From positions 523-64,522 of the IMG/VR virus record IMGVR_UViG_3300045996_000936: a stretch of DNA of 64,000 bases, one strand, 5' to 3'. The position numbers and the translations under genes are program-made. The DNA is from a virus. Its lineage: Duplodnaviria; Caudoviricetes. This document shows positions 43,033-52,684 of this stretch, piece after piece. Position 1 is the first letter of the stretch. Every line of letters begins with the position of its first letter. The notes below the pieces were generated by a model. The model was not told the DNA's origin. It ran no database searches and saw only the letters and a program-made list of their open reading frames with translations.

Positions 43033-44687
43033 GTTCCCGTCCCGTCCTTCTTTAGGTTTCGGCAGCGGAGGTCGTGAAGGTCCACGTCCGTGTCCGCATA
43101 CACGACATGCAGGATGGAGTCGTCACCTTGGACGAAGGAACCCGACCCGAGGCTGTCGTCGGCGATCACTGTAGGACCTCCGACGATGTCCAGCACAGCC
43201 GCCGAGGTAACCTGGCTGACTGCAATGCATAGCTTCTCATCCGACACCCGATGTAGTAGTAAGACCTGCCCTCCCTTGAACTTGGTGCGGTTAATGTCAA
43301 GGATTCGATAACCAGGCAGCGCGGAGACTATAGTGGCCACACTCCAGCTCCCTCCTGCGTTGCGGCTGACAGTCTGGTAGACGTCCCCGCCCTTCTCGTA
43401 TATTATGAAATGATGGTTGGCGTCGCTGACGAAGTGCCCTACGCTATCAACCCCTGTTTCCAGGACGATGCTGCTTACTCGAACCTGCGGATTGTCGGAG
43501 TTATACTTATGAACCCGCAGGTCGTCGTTCTCTTCGATATGAGCCAGGATCTTCCGACCGCCCATACTCTTCGCCATCGCCATCCGGTTGGTGTCCTGGC
43601 GAACGCAAAGGCCGAGCACTGGATCGTAAGTGAATCCTTCCGGACAGGTCGGCGCAGCACAGTCCACGAAGCAGGGAGGACCTGTGAAGCCGGGAGGACA
43701 TCCAACCCTGGGATCCTCGAAGCATCCGAGTGGAGTGCTGTGAGTTCGGGTTAGGTACCCGATCGAGGTACACTCATCCTGACTGTTGTCGTCCACTCCA
43801 GGCCGATAAGCGTGCGAGTCGAACTGAATCGAGCTGCACCAGTAAGAGCTAGGAGTCGGAGTACCAGGCATCCCTGGGATCTCTAAGTTGTCCGCCACGG
43901 TATAGGCTGCTCGGTGGTCCGCTGGGCAGTTATAGGATCCATCTGCTCCAGGAGGTTCCGAGGGGTCCGCCGGAGTGGCGTGCTCCCCGAATCCCGTCGG
44001 GCAACCCTTCCAGATGTAACCTCCCTGCGAATCATCAGCAATAGTAAGATCCTTGCAGGTCTTATTATAGCGACCGAATCCGGTGTAGCTTGAGTTCCGA
44101 TGCTCGTTGACGCTGCTGACCAGCATCGCGCATCCGTACTCCAACCAAACCGGCGTCATGATCCAGATTGCGTCGGGATTCGTACGCCAGGGATCCGTTG
44201 GTCGATCCTCTGAACATGCTGGAGAGAAGTCGTTATAGCAGGGGTTATCGATACGGCAGTCGATGTAGACTCCGTCCTTGTCCACGCAGTAACTATAGAA
44301 CCCGTTCGAGAGTCCCTCCGGCATGTTCAGAGGCAAGCTAACCGGTGCGAGTGAGAGGCAGTAGGGAGTGTAGTCCATCCGCTTGTTCCTGGATGGAAAC
44401 GTCGGGTGATCCAGCGCTCCAGCAGTCTCGCACGCGGTTAGGGTCGGTCCGGCCTGGAAGTAGCCACTATAAGGAGACTCATCCCAGTGGTTGGTTTCTC
44501 CAGCGTTCAGGTGGTAGTTGTCGCACTGCATACGGCAGGTGTCGAAGCTCTCGCAGGCCAGAACACCCGGCCCACAAGAGGTGCCGTGAGTATACTCATA
44601 GCAACACTCCTTCTCGGTCGGGTTCCAGACCCAGCCGAGGGTGTTGCCTACGGTAATGTGACTGCAGAGCGGCGTGCTGGTGGCCAC
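43023..44687 (-). CDS. Cysteine-rich tail-region protein with a C-terminal BNR-like part
   Basis: 25 Cys in the first ~360 aa; CPPGFTGPPC, CPEGFTYDPVLGLC; SRNAGGSW Asp-box-like motif. Confidence 0.7.
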   Translation of the reverse strand: MATSTPLCSHITVGNTLGWVWNPTEKECCYEYTHGTSCGPGVLACESFDTCRMQCDNYHLNAGETNHWDESPYSGYFQAGPTLTACETAGALDHPTFPSRNKRMDYTPYCLSLAPVSLPLNMPEGLSNGFYSYCVDKDGVYIDCRIDNPCYNDFSPACSEDRPTDPWRTNPDAIWIMTPVWLEYGCAMLVSSVNEHRNSSYTGFGRYNKTCKDLTIADDSQGGYIWKGCPTGFGEHATPADPSEPPGADGSYNCPADHRAAYTVADNLEIPGMPGTPTPSSYWCSSIQFDSHAYRPGVDDNSQDECTSIGYLTRTHSTPLGCFEDPRVGCPPGFTGPPCFVDCAAPTCPEGFTYDPVLGLCVRQDTNRMAMAKSMGGRKILAHIEENDDLRVHKYNSDNPQVRVSSIVLETGVDSVGHFVSDANHHFIIYEKGGDVYQTVSRNAGGSWSVATIVSALPGYRILDINRTKFKGGQVLLLHRVSDEKLCIAVSQVTSAAVLDIVGGPTVIADDSLGSGSFVQGDDSILHVVYADTDVDLHDLRCRNLKKDGTGTWL

Positions 44688-44690
44688 CTT

Positions 44691-45284
44691 CTACTCCTCG
44701 TTCCCTTCCTGGAGAGAAGCCTGCGCAGCTGCTGCAGCTTCTTGCTCTTGCCTGCGCTTCTTCGCCAGGGCGCACTCCTCGCAGTGGAAGCGAAGGTAGT
44801 AGATAACGTAGCGCAGCTTCCTCCCGCCAGGATCGACGCTGGGAGTGTCTAGAGGTTGTAGAGTGACCACGCGGGTCTCCGCTCGCCCTTCGGGGTCGTC
44901 TACGAAAGCGGAGACGTTGAGCGCGTCCAGAGCGGAGAAGGTCTTGCCGTCCGGGGACGCCTTCACTACCCACTCCAGGAACATCCTCCCACCCTCGACG
45001 AAGACCGCCAGGTCTCCTCCTTGCGCCTTTGCGTTGGCCGGTATGACATCCCAGCCCACCTGCTGGAGGAGAGAGACCATCTCCACCGGCTTGGTCGTGT
45101 AGGGGATGTGAATTCCAGCTGCCCAGGCTGTTCTCCAGAGGAACATCGCCCCTCCTCCCGCAGGGAAGGGAGGATGCTCCGTGCGGCACCATTTCGTCAC
45201 CTCACCCATTAACTGGCGATCGCGAAGGGTTGCTGCCAGTATTGCCAGATTCGTCATCTCCATCGCCGCTCTCCTATCCTCCAC
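44691..45284 (-). CDS. Hypothetical protein after the tape measure, possibly a degenerate CHAP/NlpC-like fold
   Basis: AMFL...W.AG..IP...GW...GDLAVF pattern without the catalytic Cys/His. Confidence 0.55.
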   Translation of the reverse strand: MEDRRAAMEMTNLAILAATLRDRQLMGEVTKWCRTEHPPFPAGGGAMFLWRTAWAAGIHIPYTTKPVEMVSLLQQVGWDVIPANAKAQGGDLAVFVEGGRMFLEWVVKASPDGKTFSALDALNVSAFVDDPEGRAETRVVTLQPLDTPSVDPGGRKLRYVIYYLRFHCEECALAKKRRQEQEAAAAAQASLQEGNEE

Positions 45285-48200
45285 CGTACGGAGTCACTCC
45301 TCCGTCGATCTGCCGCTCCATCTCATTGTAGAGATTCCAGAACTCCTGCCTTCGAGCTTCACCATTAGCGTAGGGGTCGATAACCGCCTGGAATATGGTC
45401 ACCCCTCCACCGGCTGCGCTCTGTGCCTGCTTCGAAGCCCACTGATGGTATTGGTAGTTATAGTTCCGCTGCTCCACCTCACGAGCTTTCATAGTGTAGC
45501 GTGGGTCATATTGCGAAGTGATCGCAGCCGGGTCAGGGATGTTACCTGCAACCGGTGCGGCCTGGTTCGGGAATGGAATGTCTCCCTGGAGAGGATCAGA
45601 ACCCCGCCCTAGGCTAATCGCCTGGTTGATTTGCTCAATGATTGCGCGAGGATTACTCGCGGACAGACCGTACCCCGCTGCTCCAGCGAAGGCACCTCGG
45701 ATGCCTCGGAAGTTCTGCAAACCTCGGCGTCCTCGCCGACCCTGTCCGCTCATGTTCGCGCCCTGCAACTCCAGGGCGTTGCGCAGCGTCGAGCCTCCTA
45801 GGTTCTGGATCTCGATCTCCCGGTTGACTCGGTCCAGCTCAGTCTCTCCTTCCACCGGTCGGGAGAGAGCCGCCAGCTTCCGCAGGTTAACCTGGAGCAA
45901 GGCCGAGGCACGTTGCCGTGGGTTCAAGAACGGATTATTCTGGACCTGAGCCTCCTGCAACCGAAGATGTGCGGACTGGAGGTCTTGCGCTTCCTTCGCG
46001 GACTTCTTCGCTTCGTCCGTGGCCTTCTTCAGTTCGCTCCCACGCTCCTTGTTCGCGTTGCGGGTTAGCTCCTGGATCTGCCGCTCTACGCTGGCATACT
46101 GTCGAACCGCCTGGAAGTACTCCAACGTTCCCGGCTGCAGCTGGCTCGCCTCGGCCAGGATCTGAGCCTGTTCGCCCTGCAGGATCGGCAGCATATTCTG
46201 CAACGAGGACCTTGCCGTAGTCCCCTCAGGAGCCTGCGCGACCCTCGCCATCGCCGAGTCCTTGTAGATTCCAAGGATCTCCTTGTTGATCTTGAGCTTC
46301 TTGTCCGCAGCTTCCTTAGCCATCCGCTGCTCGGCTTGCTGAGCTTTCTGATGTAGGCTGTTCACCTGGTTCTGGATGTCCCAATACTCCTGCTGGAGAG
46401 AATGGTACTCCTTCGTCAGCTCCTCATCGCCGGGTGCCAGCTTCGCGACTTCCTTCGCGACCTTGACCACTTCCTGCTGCTTGGCAAGCAATGCAGGGAT
46501 CATCATCGCGCTTTCTCGAATTTGCTCGACGTTCGCGTCTCCGCTGCCTTCTCCCGCGAACGCCTTCTGCATGGAGATCATGGTGTCGTACTGCTGGACA
46601 CGCATCTCCCGCTCGCGCCGAGCGGACTTCAGGGCAGCTTCCTTCTTCTGCTTGGCTAGCCTTAGTTCCTCGTCCTGCGCACGCTCCCGGAGACCACCGA
46701 TTCTCTCTTGGAGTTCGCTGGCTTCCTTGACCAGACCCCAGTATTTCTCCTGTTCCTCGGCGGTGGTCATCCCCTTCGCCTTGACCTCCTCCGCTCTGGA
46801 GGAAAGGTCCTTGTAGCGAGCCTCCATTAGAGGGATTACCGCCTGCGCTTCTCGTAGCGCACGTGTCTCCTTATCGCCGCCACTGGCCTTCGCCTTGGCC
46901 TGCTGGAGCATCGCCTGATACTCCATCTCACGAGCCTGAGCGAACATCTCCCACTGACGAGCCTTCTCCTGCGCGTCCTCGGCCTGCTTCTTCGCGTCAA
47001 CCGCCAAAGGAGCGAAGTCAGGAGCCTTACCATTCTTCTCCAGAGACTCGGTTGTCTTAGTGAACTGCTCCTGAGCTTGTTCCCTGGTGATACCCTGCTC
47101 CCGCATCATGCGGTCAATGTGACTGGCTACGGCTTTACGTTCGAAGAGAGGCTTCGCTCGACGGGTTGCTAGGTTCCGGTTCTGGATGCCGACCGCGTGA
47201 TCGTTCAGCTCCTCGAACTTACTGTCTCCCCAACGCTCCACCGCTGGCAGCACGAACGGCTTGGTGACCAGTTCTTCGGTGCCCTTATAGGCAATATAGC
47301 CTACGGCAGCAGCCGCCGCCGCAGTGGGAACCGCCCGACCCACAGCTGCCAGTCCGTTCCCTATCATCCCCATCGCGCCGACTCGACCACCTGCCGCCAG
47401 GGCGTTCGCGCCGAGTGCTCCGGTGTTCGTTCCGACGGCGGTGGTGTTGATCCCGAAGGCACCGGTGTTAGCGGTCAGGGCGGTGGTCGCCCGACCCCGC
47501 GCCACGATCGCCGCTTCCAGAGCCAGCAGGTTCACCCCGCTTGCCGTCGAGCTACCACCCACCGCCAGCGTGTTCAGTCCGATCACACCGGTCTGAGCAG
47601 CAGTTGCGGCGGTTGTCCCCGTCAGCATGCCTAGAACGGCAGGTCCGATGGCTGTCAGGGTCATGTAAGCGACCCTGGTCTCCAGGATGACCTTGCCCAA
47701 CGTGCCGAGTCCGAGAAGTAGAGGACCCAGTACTGCCGTAATCCCTAGCAGTCCGACAATCGTCTGCTGCATGCCGGGAGGGAGCTTGCTGAAGCCGTCC
47801 GCCAATCCCTCGACCATCGGCGTGACCATCTTCGTCACCGCCGTAACCGCAGGGAGGATGGAAGAGCCAACCTTCGCCATGCTGAGGAAGACGGTGTCGC
47901 TCAGGTCCTCGAACGTCTCCTTCGCTCCAGCAACAGGCTTGTTGAGCTTCTCCATCTGGGCGACAACCTTGGTCGAGAATTCCTCGACGGAGACGCCCAT
48001 CTTCTCCAGCTGCTGCGGATCACTCGTCCCGAAGACCTCTCGGACGATGCTCCGAATTCGTGGGATCTTCTCTGCGAGCTGATTCAGCTCCTCGCCGGTT
48101 ACCTTCCCTGCGCCCTGCATTTGCGTCAGCGCGAGGATGACCCCTTCCAGCTCCTGCCTTCCCAGTCCAACCTCAGCCAGCGCAGTGCCGTAGGCCTTCA

Positions 48201-48915
48201 GCTGACGGGTGGCCATTTCAGCGGAGAAACCTGCCGCTTGCAGGCGAACGGAACCCTGGACGGCTTCCTGGAAGCCTAGACCGGGCTGCTTGGCAACCTC
48301 TCGCAGTTCCGCAAGTTGCTTCTCCGCTGCTTCCGTTGAGCCGGTAACGCTGACGAGGGAACGCCGGAGATTCTCCATCTCCACCGCACTCTTGACCAGT
48401 CCACCTCCCAATGCTACGATAGGGAGCGTCAGACCAGCTGTAAGACCCGCGCCCATTCTCTGGAGAGAAGAGGCAGCAGAGTCCAGCTGCTTCATCCGAC
48501 GCTCGGCCTTCTCCGCTGCTTCGGCGACTTCGTCCAGCTCGTCCGAGGTCTCCTGGAGAGGAGCATTGTTCAAGCCTGGGAGCTTGGCTGCAGCGAGAAG
48601 CTTGGAGAAGTTCGCTTCCGCTGCAGCTGCTTTCGCGCTGGCTTCGGAGACGACCCCGCCCAGGGCGTCCACCTTGCTCGTGGCGGTAGCCGACGCGTTA
48701 CCCATCGCGTCGATCGTTTCACCTGGGCGTGAGTTCGCGAGGCGATCAGCTTGCTGCTGAAGATCCTGAGTGGCCTTGGCGAGTCCCTGGTAGGACTTGC
48801 CTGCGCTTTCCGCCACGCTGGCGGACTGCCTGACCTTGCGATCGCCTGCATCCAGTGCACTAACTAGACCGGTCGAGTCGCCTCCGATGAGGACTTCCAA
48901 GTATCCAATGTTCAT
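45274..48915 (-). CDS. Tape measure protein
   Basis: 1213 aa; IGYLEVLIGGD start; ALTQMQGAGKVTGEELNQLAE; Ala/Gly-rich; follows the chaperone. Confidence 0.96.
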   Translation of the reverse strand: MNIGYLEVLIGGDSTGLVSALDAGDRKVRQSASVAESAGKSYQGLAKATQDLQQQADRLANSRPGETIDAMGNASATATSKVDALGGVVSEASAKAAAAEANFSKLLAAAKLPGLNNAPLQETSDELDEVAEAAEKAERRMKQLDSAASSLQRMGAGLTAGLTLPIVALGGGLVKSAVEMENLRRSLVSVTGSTEAAEKQLAELREVAKQPGLGFQEAVQGSVRLQAAGFSAEMATRQLKAYGTALAEVGLGRQELEGVILALTQMQGAGKVTGEELNQLAEKIPRIRSIVREVFGTSDPQQLEKMGVSVEEFSTKVVAQMEKLNKPVAGAKETFEDLSDTVFLSMAKVGSSILPAVTAVTKMVTPMVEGLADGFSKLPPGMQQTIVGLLGITAVLGPLLLGLGTLGKVILETRVAYMTLTAIGPAVLGMLTGTTAATAAQTGVIGLNTLAVGGSSTASGVNLLALEAAIVARGRATTALTANTGAFGINTTAVGTNTGALGANALAAGGRVGAMGMIGNGLAAVGRAVPTAAAAAAVGYIAYKGTEELVTKPFVLPAVERWGDSKFEELNDHAVGIQNRNLATRRAKPLFERKAVASHIDRMMREQGITREQAQEQFTKTTESLEKNGKAPDFAPLAVDAKKQAEDAQEKARQWEMFAQAREMEYQAMLQQAKAKASGGDKETRALREAQAVIPLMEARYKDLSSRAEEVKAKGMTTAEEQEKYWGLVKEASELQERIGGLRERAQDEELRLAKQKKEAALKSARREREMRVQQYDTMISMQKAFAGEGSGDANVEQIRESAMMIPALLAKQQEVVKVAKEVAKLAPGDEELTKEYHSLQQEYWDIQNQVNSLHQKAQQAEQRMAKEAADKKLKINKEILGIYKDSAMARVAQAPEGTTARSSLQNMLPILQGEQAQILAEASQLQPGTLEYFQAVRQYASVERQIQELTRNANKERGSELKKATDEAKKSAKEAQDLQSAHLRLQEAQVQNNPFLNPRQRASALLQVNLRKLAALSRPVEGETELDRVNREIEIQNLGGSTLRNALELQGANMSGQGRRGRRGLQNFRGIRGAFAGAAGYGLSASNPRAIIEQINQAISLGRGSDPLQGDIPFPNQAAPVAGNIPDPAAITSQYDPRYTMKAREVEQRNYNYQYHQWASKQAQSAAGGGVTIFQAVIDPYANGEARRQEFWNLYNEMERQIDGGVTPYGGG

Positions 48916-49591
48916 TGTATCTTCAGCAACAAGTTCCAGCGAGCGGTCTCCACTTGTTGGAGTACTCTCGCCGCCAGGGACGCTCTAGTTGTGAGCTCCA
49001 AGGGAAGGCTGGGCAGTAGCGTTACGTCTATACCCAGGAACCTTGCCGTTCGGAAGTCATCGTACCATGCAGGTTCTTCAGACGAAGGAAGTTGTCCTAG
49101 AAGGACTCCCGCCAGTCTTCCTCCGTCTCCCCGTTTGGGAGTGAATCCGAGGTGATCTTATTCACGATCAGCTGCGCCCAGGGAATCGGGAAAGCGAAGA
49201 GAGCGTACTCCTCCTTGTGAGGGTAAGACAGCTCGACGTCGCCTTCAACCGGCGATTCCGGAGCCTCTTCTGGAGGAGAGAACTTCCCGATTTCCAACAG
49301 CTTCGCAGCACGCTCCTCGGTCCCGACCTCCAAAGCTCGCGCTTCGGTGATCAGAGCCTTGAGCTTTTCGCGACGGTCCTGCTCACGCTGCAGCCATTCG
49401 AGTCGGCTCTTCCAGATTGTCAGGTCGGTCGCCTCGACCAATACCTGCACCATCTGCAACACACCCTCACCGGTCATCTTCTCCAGGAAGTCGCCGGTGT
49501 ACTTAGCGGGAGCGTACTCGAAGTTGATCTCTCCTCCAGGGATGGCCACCTTCAGCTTACGGGTGGATTCCTGGGCGGTTCCGATGTTCAT
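48912..49591 (-). CDS. Tail assembly chaperone, -1 frameshift fusion (gpGT-like)
   Basis: C CCA AAC slippery site at 49133-49139; the -1 frame stays open to a TGA overlapping the tape measure ATG. Confidence 0.85.
49097..49591 (-). CDS. Tail assembly chaperone (gpG-like)
   Basis: Lies between tail tube and tape measure genes. Confidence 0.85.
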   Translation of the reverse strand: MNIGTAQESTRKLKVAIPGGEINFEYAPAKYTGDFLEKMTGEGVLQMVQVLVEATDLTIWKSRLEWLQREQDRREKLKALITEARALEVGTEERAAKLLEIGKFSPPEEAPESPVEGDVELSYPHKEEYALFAFPIPWAQLIVNKITSDSLPNGETEEDWRESF

Positions 49592-49622
49592 TTAAAGGGT
49601 CTCCGGGTGGTGAAGGGTCGCT

Positions 49623-50573
49623 CTAGTAAGCGACCATGGTGTTCGTTACGACCACCTCGATTGCGGAAAGCAGTGAGGAGTCGTTCAGCGGTCGCAGGTC
49701 GTAGGCCACCGTGTCCAGGTTGTCCGTGTCAACGAAGTCGTCGTCGGAAAACTTGAACGGCATGGTGAACTGCGCCGAGTAACCGCTGGGACCGTAGCTG
49801 ATGATCCGGAGGAACTTCAGAGTCGAGTTCCGGAGATCAGTTAGGTATCCGTTGGCGACGGAGTCATTCTCTACGACCAGGCGTGCCCCTACGGTTGGTG
49901 CCAGAGCTACGACCTTGCCATAAGTAGTGTCAGCGTCGTCCAGGTAGAACTGCGGACCGTGGGTTCCTCGGATGGAGAGACCCGCCTGTACGCAGCCGGT
50001 GATCTTCGCCAGTCCGCCGATGGAGGTTCCGACCATGACCCGGACCTTGCCAGGAATAGCCAGAGCCTTCGTCGTCTTCGTGACGGAGGTCGTGTTCATC
50101 GTCTGCCCCGGAGTCAGAACCTGCCCGAAGACAGTTCCACGCATATTCGCCTGGGTGCGGTTCCAGGTGAACTCCAGGGAGTCACAACATACGAAGGAAG
50201 CACGCTCTCCGGTAGTGCCGGTGCCGCGCTCCATCGTGTAGGTCGTGATGGTGTTCGGGTTGTAGTTGTCCGGTAGGAACGTCCAGGTGCCGGGTACAGC
50301 CGCCTCCATCAGGAGAGAGCTGAGCCAGTACACCAGGTCCCCGCCGATGTTGATCCGGCCATCCAGGATGGAACCGGTCATCATTTCCTTCTGCGGAGTG
50401 CTGTCTTCATCGAACCGGGAGCCTTCCGGACGGAAAGCATCGGTCGGAATCGCCGCTTTCATACGGATCGCGGAAGCGATCAGTTGACGGTTGCAGGTTA
50501 CTGCAGTGCCAGCCGTTACTTCCTTCCCGATCTGTGGGCGATTGAAGACTACTGATCTTCCAGGAGTGGCCAT
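49623..50573 (-). CDS. Major tail (tube) protein
   Basis: QIGKEVTAGT start, TYTMERG; position. Confidence 0.85.
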   Translation of the reverse strand: MATPGRSVVFNRPQIGKEVTAGTAVTCNRQLIASAIRMKAAIPTDAFRPEGSRFDEDSTPQKEMMTGSILDGRINIGGDLVYWLSSLLMEAAVPGTWTFLPDNYNPNTITTYTMERGTGTTGERASFVCCDSLEFTWNRTQANMRGTVFGQVLTPGQTMNTTSVTKTTKALAIPGKVRVMVGTSIGGLAKITGCVQAGLSIRGTHGPQFYLDDADTTYGKVVALAPTVGARLVVENDSVANGYLTDLRNSTLKFLRIISYGPSGYSAQFTMPFKFSDDDFVDTDNLDTVAYDLRPLNDSSLLSAIEVVVTNTMVAY

Positions 50574-50587
50574 CTCTTACCTTACCT

Positions 50588-51052
50588 CTAGGGGTTTACT
50601 ATGACCGTGTAAGCCCCACCAACGTGATTAAACCGAACGGCTCCTCGGTTCTCGATGTACCTAATTTCACTATCGCAGTACGAGGATGCCACCCAGTAGT
50701 TCCGGCCTTCGTATTCGATATAACCTTCCGAGCCGGACAGCGCACCGAAAATAGCATTTGCAATGCGGTCTGCCCGTTTGTAACCTCTCTCCTCTCTGGT
50801 GATGACCTTGATGTTGTAGACCTTCGTGGTCTGATTCCACTCAGTCTCACCAAGGGCTTGCACCTTGTTGTCACTCCTCTGAGTGAAGATTATGTAAGGC
50901 AGAGGGGTAGTCTCCGGAGCCTCGTCCTCGAAGACGCGGTCAGCGACTTCAGCCACAACAACAGCAGCCGCAGCCTCCGCCTCAGGCGTTGTAACGTACG
51001 TCCCACTGAACACTCCCTTCAGGAACTTAGCTGCTGGTGCTGCCGCGTTCAT
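50588..51052 (-). CDS. Tail terminator (DUF3168-like)
   Basis: RVFEDEAPE..PLPYIIF, A..IANAI..AL. Confidence 0.8.
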   Translation of the reverse strand: MNAAAPAAKFLKGVFSGTYVTTPEAEAAAAVVVAEVADRVFEDEAPETTPLPYIIFTQRSDNKVQALGETEWNQTTKVYNIKVITREERGYKRADRIANAIFGALSGSEGYIEYEGRNYWVASSYCDSEIRYIENRGAVRFNHVGGAYTVIVNP

Positions 51053-51423
51053 CTTAAACTCCCTGGAAGAGAGACGGACATCTTGATCGTTCCCTGCTGG
51101 AATACGGCAGTTAGGCGCTGCACGAAGAGCGTCTGGAACTCGTCCACATTAGGACCCACGAAGGGACGCGGAGCCTTATGGGTGGTGCCGAACTCAATGA
51201 AGACCGCGTAGAACTGCCCGACCATCACACGCTTGAAGTAAGGATAGTAGAAAACGGAGTTGAGCATTGCTCCGGTCTGGATCAGGTTCTTCTCGACAAT
51301 CGTTTCCTTGATCGCGCCAGCTAGCTCTTCTCCAGTGATATCCTCGACGAGCGAGATCTCATCGGCGAAGCGTTCGCCGAGTCTTGGCTCGAAGTAAGAT
51401 TGGACGCCGTAGCTGATAATCAC
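51049..51423 (-). CDS. HK97 gp10-like neck/tail completion protein
   Basis: TGAMLNS, YAVFIEFGT, PRPFVGP. Confidence 0.85.
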   Translation of the reverse strand: MIISYGVQSYFEPRLGERFADEISLVEDITGEELAGAIKETIVEKNLIQTGAMLNSVFYYPYFKRVMVGQFYAVFIEFGTTHKAPRPFVGPNVDEFQTLFVQRLTAVFQQGTIKMSVSLPGSLR

Positions 51424-51761
51424 TCGATTGTCTCGCAGTAAACACTGAGAGCGTATCGCTCTTCGACCTTGTTATTCATGCCCTTGATTTCGTACATCTG
51501 ACCGTCGACCTGGAGCCTCTTGGTAGCGTCAACCCTGGCATTCCAGGGGAGCTTAATAACCCAGGTCCCGACGAGGGAGGTGCGATCAGAGACGTCTATC
51601 TCGTTCTGCTCTGCGGCTTGCTGGACGGAACAAGGGTAGGACTGCCCGTTGAATTTCCAGGTCGTATCCTCGTCGACCGTTTCCGAGGTGAATACCCTTG
51701 CCATGCTGGCCAGGGTACCTTCGATAACCTCCCGGTTGAACTGTAGGAGTGCGGCGTCCAC
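51420..51761 (-). CDS. Head closure / head-tail adaptor
   Basis: YPCSV, WVIKLPW.A.V...RLQVDGQMYEI; GTG start at 51761. Confidence 0.75.
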   Translation of the reverse strand: MDAALLQFNREVIEGTLASMARVFTSETVDEDTTWKFNGQSYPCSVQQAAEQNEIDVSDRTSLVGTWVIKLPWNARVDATKRLQVDGQMYEIKGMNNKVEERYALSVYCETIE

Positions 51762-51762
51762 G

Positions 51763-52179
51763 TTAACCACCCTTCCCAACCGGGTACGGAATCCAGCTGC
51801 TATCGTCCAACAACTGCAAGTCCGCGTCGGAGTACTCCCAGTTATGGCCGAGGTCCGTACAAGCCACACTGACTGCGGTATTCTGAGAGCTGGCAGGGTT
51901 GGCTTCGTCGCAGTCCGCCTTCGCGTCCTTGATCATCTCCTGGACGTTCTTGAAGGCCTGGTTCGCCTTCACTGACTCATCACCCTTGACCGTGTCCACG
52001 GCCTTCTTCAGCTTCCCTCGGAGGAGGGTGAGCATCTTCAGCCGGGTGTAGAGATAAGTCAGTTCCGAGTTACCGGGAAACTTCGCAGCATAGAATCCCC
52101 ACCAAGCTCGCGTATGCGTCTGCAGTTCGCTATCGCCGAGTTCATGATTCACTGCCTGCTGCATCTGCGAGTCGGTCAT
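51763..52179 (-). CDS. Head-tail connector-like protein
   Basis: Position after the capsid genes; 138 aa. Confidence 0.6.
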   Translation of the reverse strand: MTDSQMQQAVNHELGDSELQTHTRAWWGFYAAKFPGNSELTYLYTRLKMLTLLRGKLKKAVDTVKGDESVKANQAFKNVQEMIKDAKADCDEANPASSQNTAVSVACTDLGHNWEYSDADLQLLDDSSWIPYPVGKGG

Positions 52180-52199
52180 CGTTCATCTCCTGGAGAGAA

Positions 52200-52236
52200 G
52201 GGAATCGGAGTCACCCGGAGAAACCCTCCGATTCCC
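52200..52236 (-). terminator. 11-bp hairpin after the capsid operon
   Basis: GGGAATCGGAG / CTCCGATTCCC, then TTCTCTCCAG on the - strand. Confidence 0.6.
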
Positions 52237-52258
52237 CTCATCTACTCCGTGGGCACCA

Positions 52259-52606
52259 TCACGCGGAGTTCTTCTCCTGGAGCAAGTCGAAGATCTCATC
52301 CTTCGTCTTGCCTGCAGGATCAATTCCGTGCTGCTCGGCGACACTAACTGCACGCTCCCGGCTCAGCTTGCGAAAGCTCTTACGAGCCGCCTCAATTTCG
52401 AGAGCTTCCTTATCTTCATCGGAGAGTTCTTCGACGACTTCCTCTTCCTCAGGAAGTTCTTCGCCGTTCTTCTCCGCGTCGATCCGGCGAAGACGCTCAG
52501 CGTTCTTCTCCAGACCTTCCGCCAGACTGTCCTTCACTTGATGGACACCAGGCGAATACCGCACGCCCTTGTACAACATCCAGCGAGGGATCTCAACTAC
52601 CTTCAT
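52259..52606 (-). CDS. Hypothetical protein with a C-terminal HeH/Rho-N-like motif
   Basis: LSRERAVSVAEQHGIDPAGKTKDEI. Confidence 0.65.
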   Translation of the reverse strand: MKVVEIPRWMLYKGVRYSPGVHQVKDSLAEGLEKNAERLRRIDAEKNGEELPEEEEVVEELSDEDKEALEIEAARKSFRKLSRERAVSVAEQHGIDPAGKTKDEIFDLLQEKNSA

Positions 52607-52684
52607 CGGGGTCTCCTTCAGCTCGGAAGGGGAGCCTCTCTCTGGAAGAAAGGGACTCCCCTTCGCAGGCGTGGTTGATGCTTC

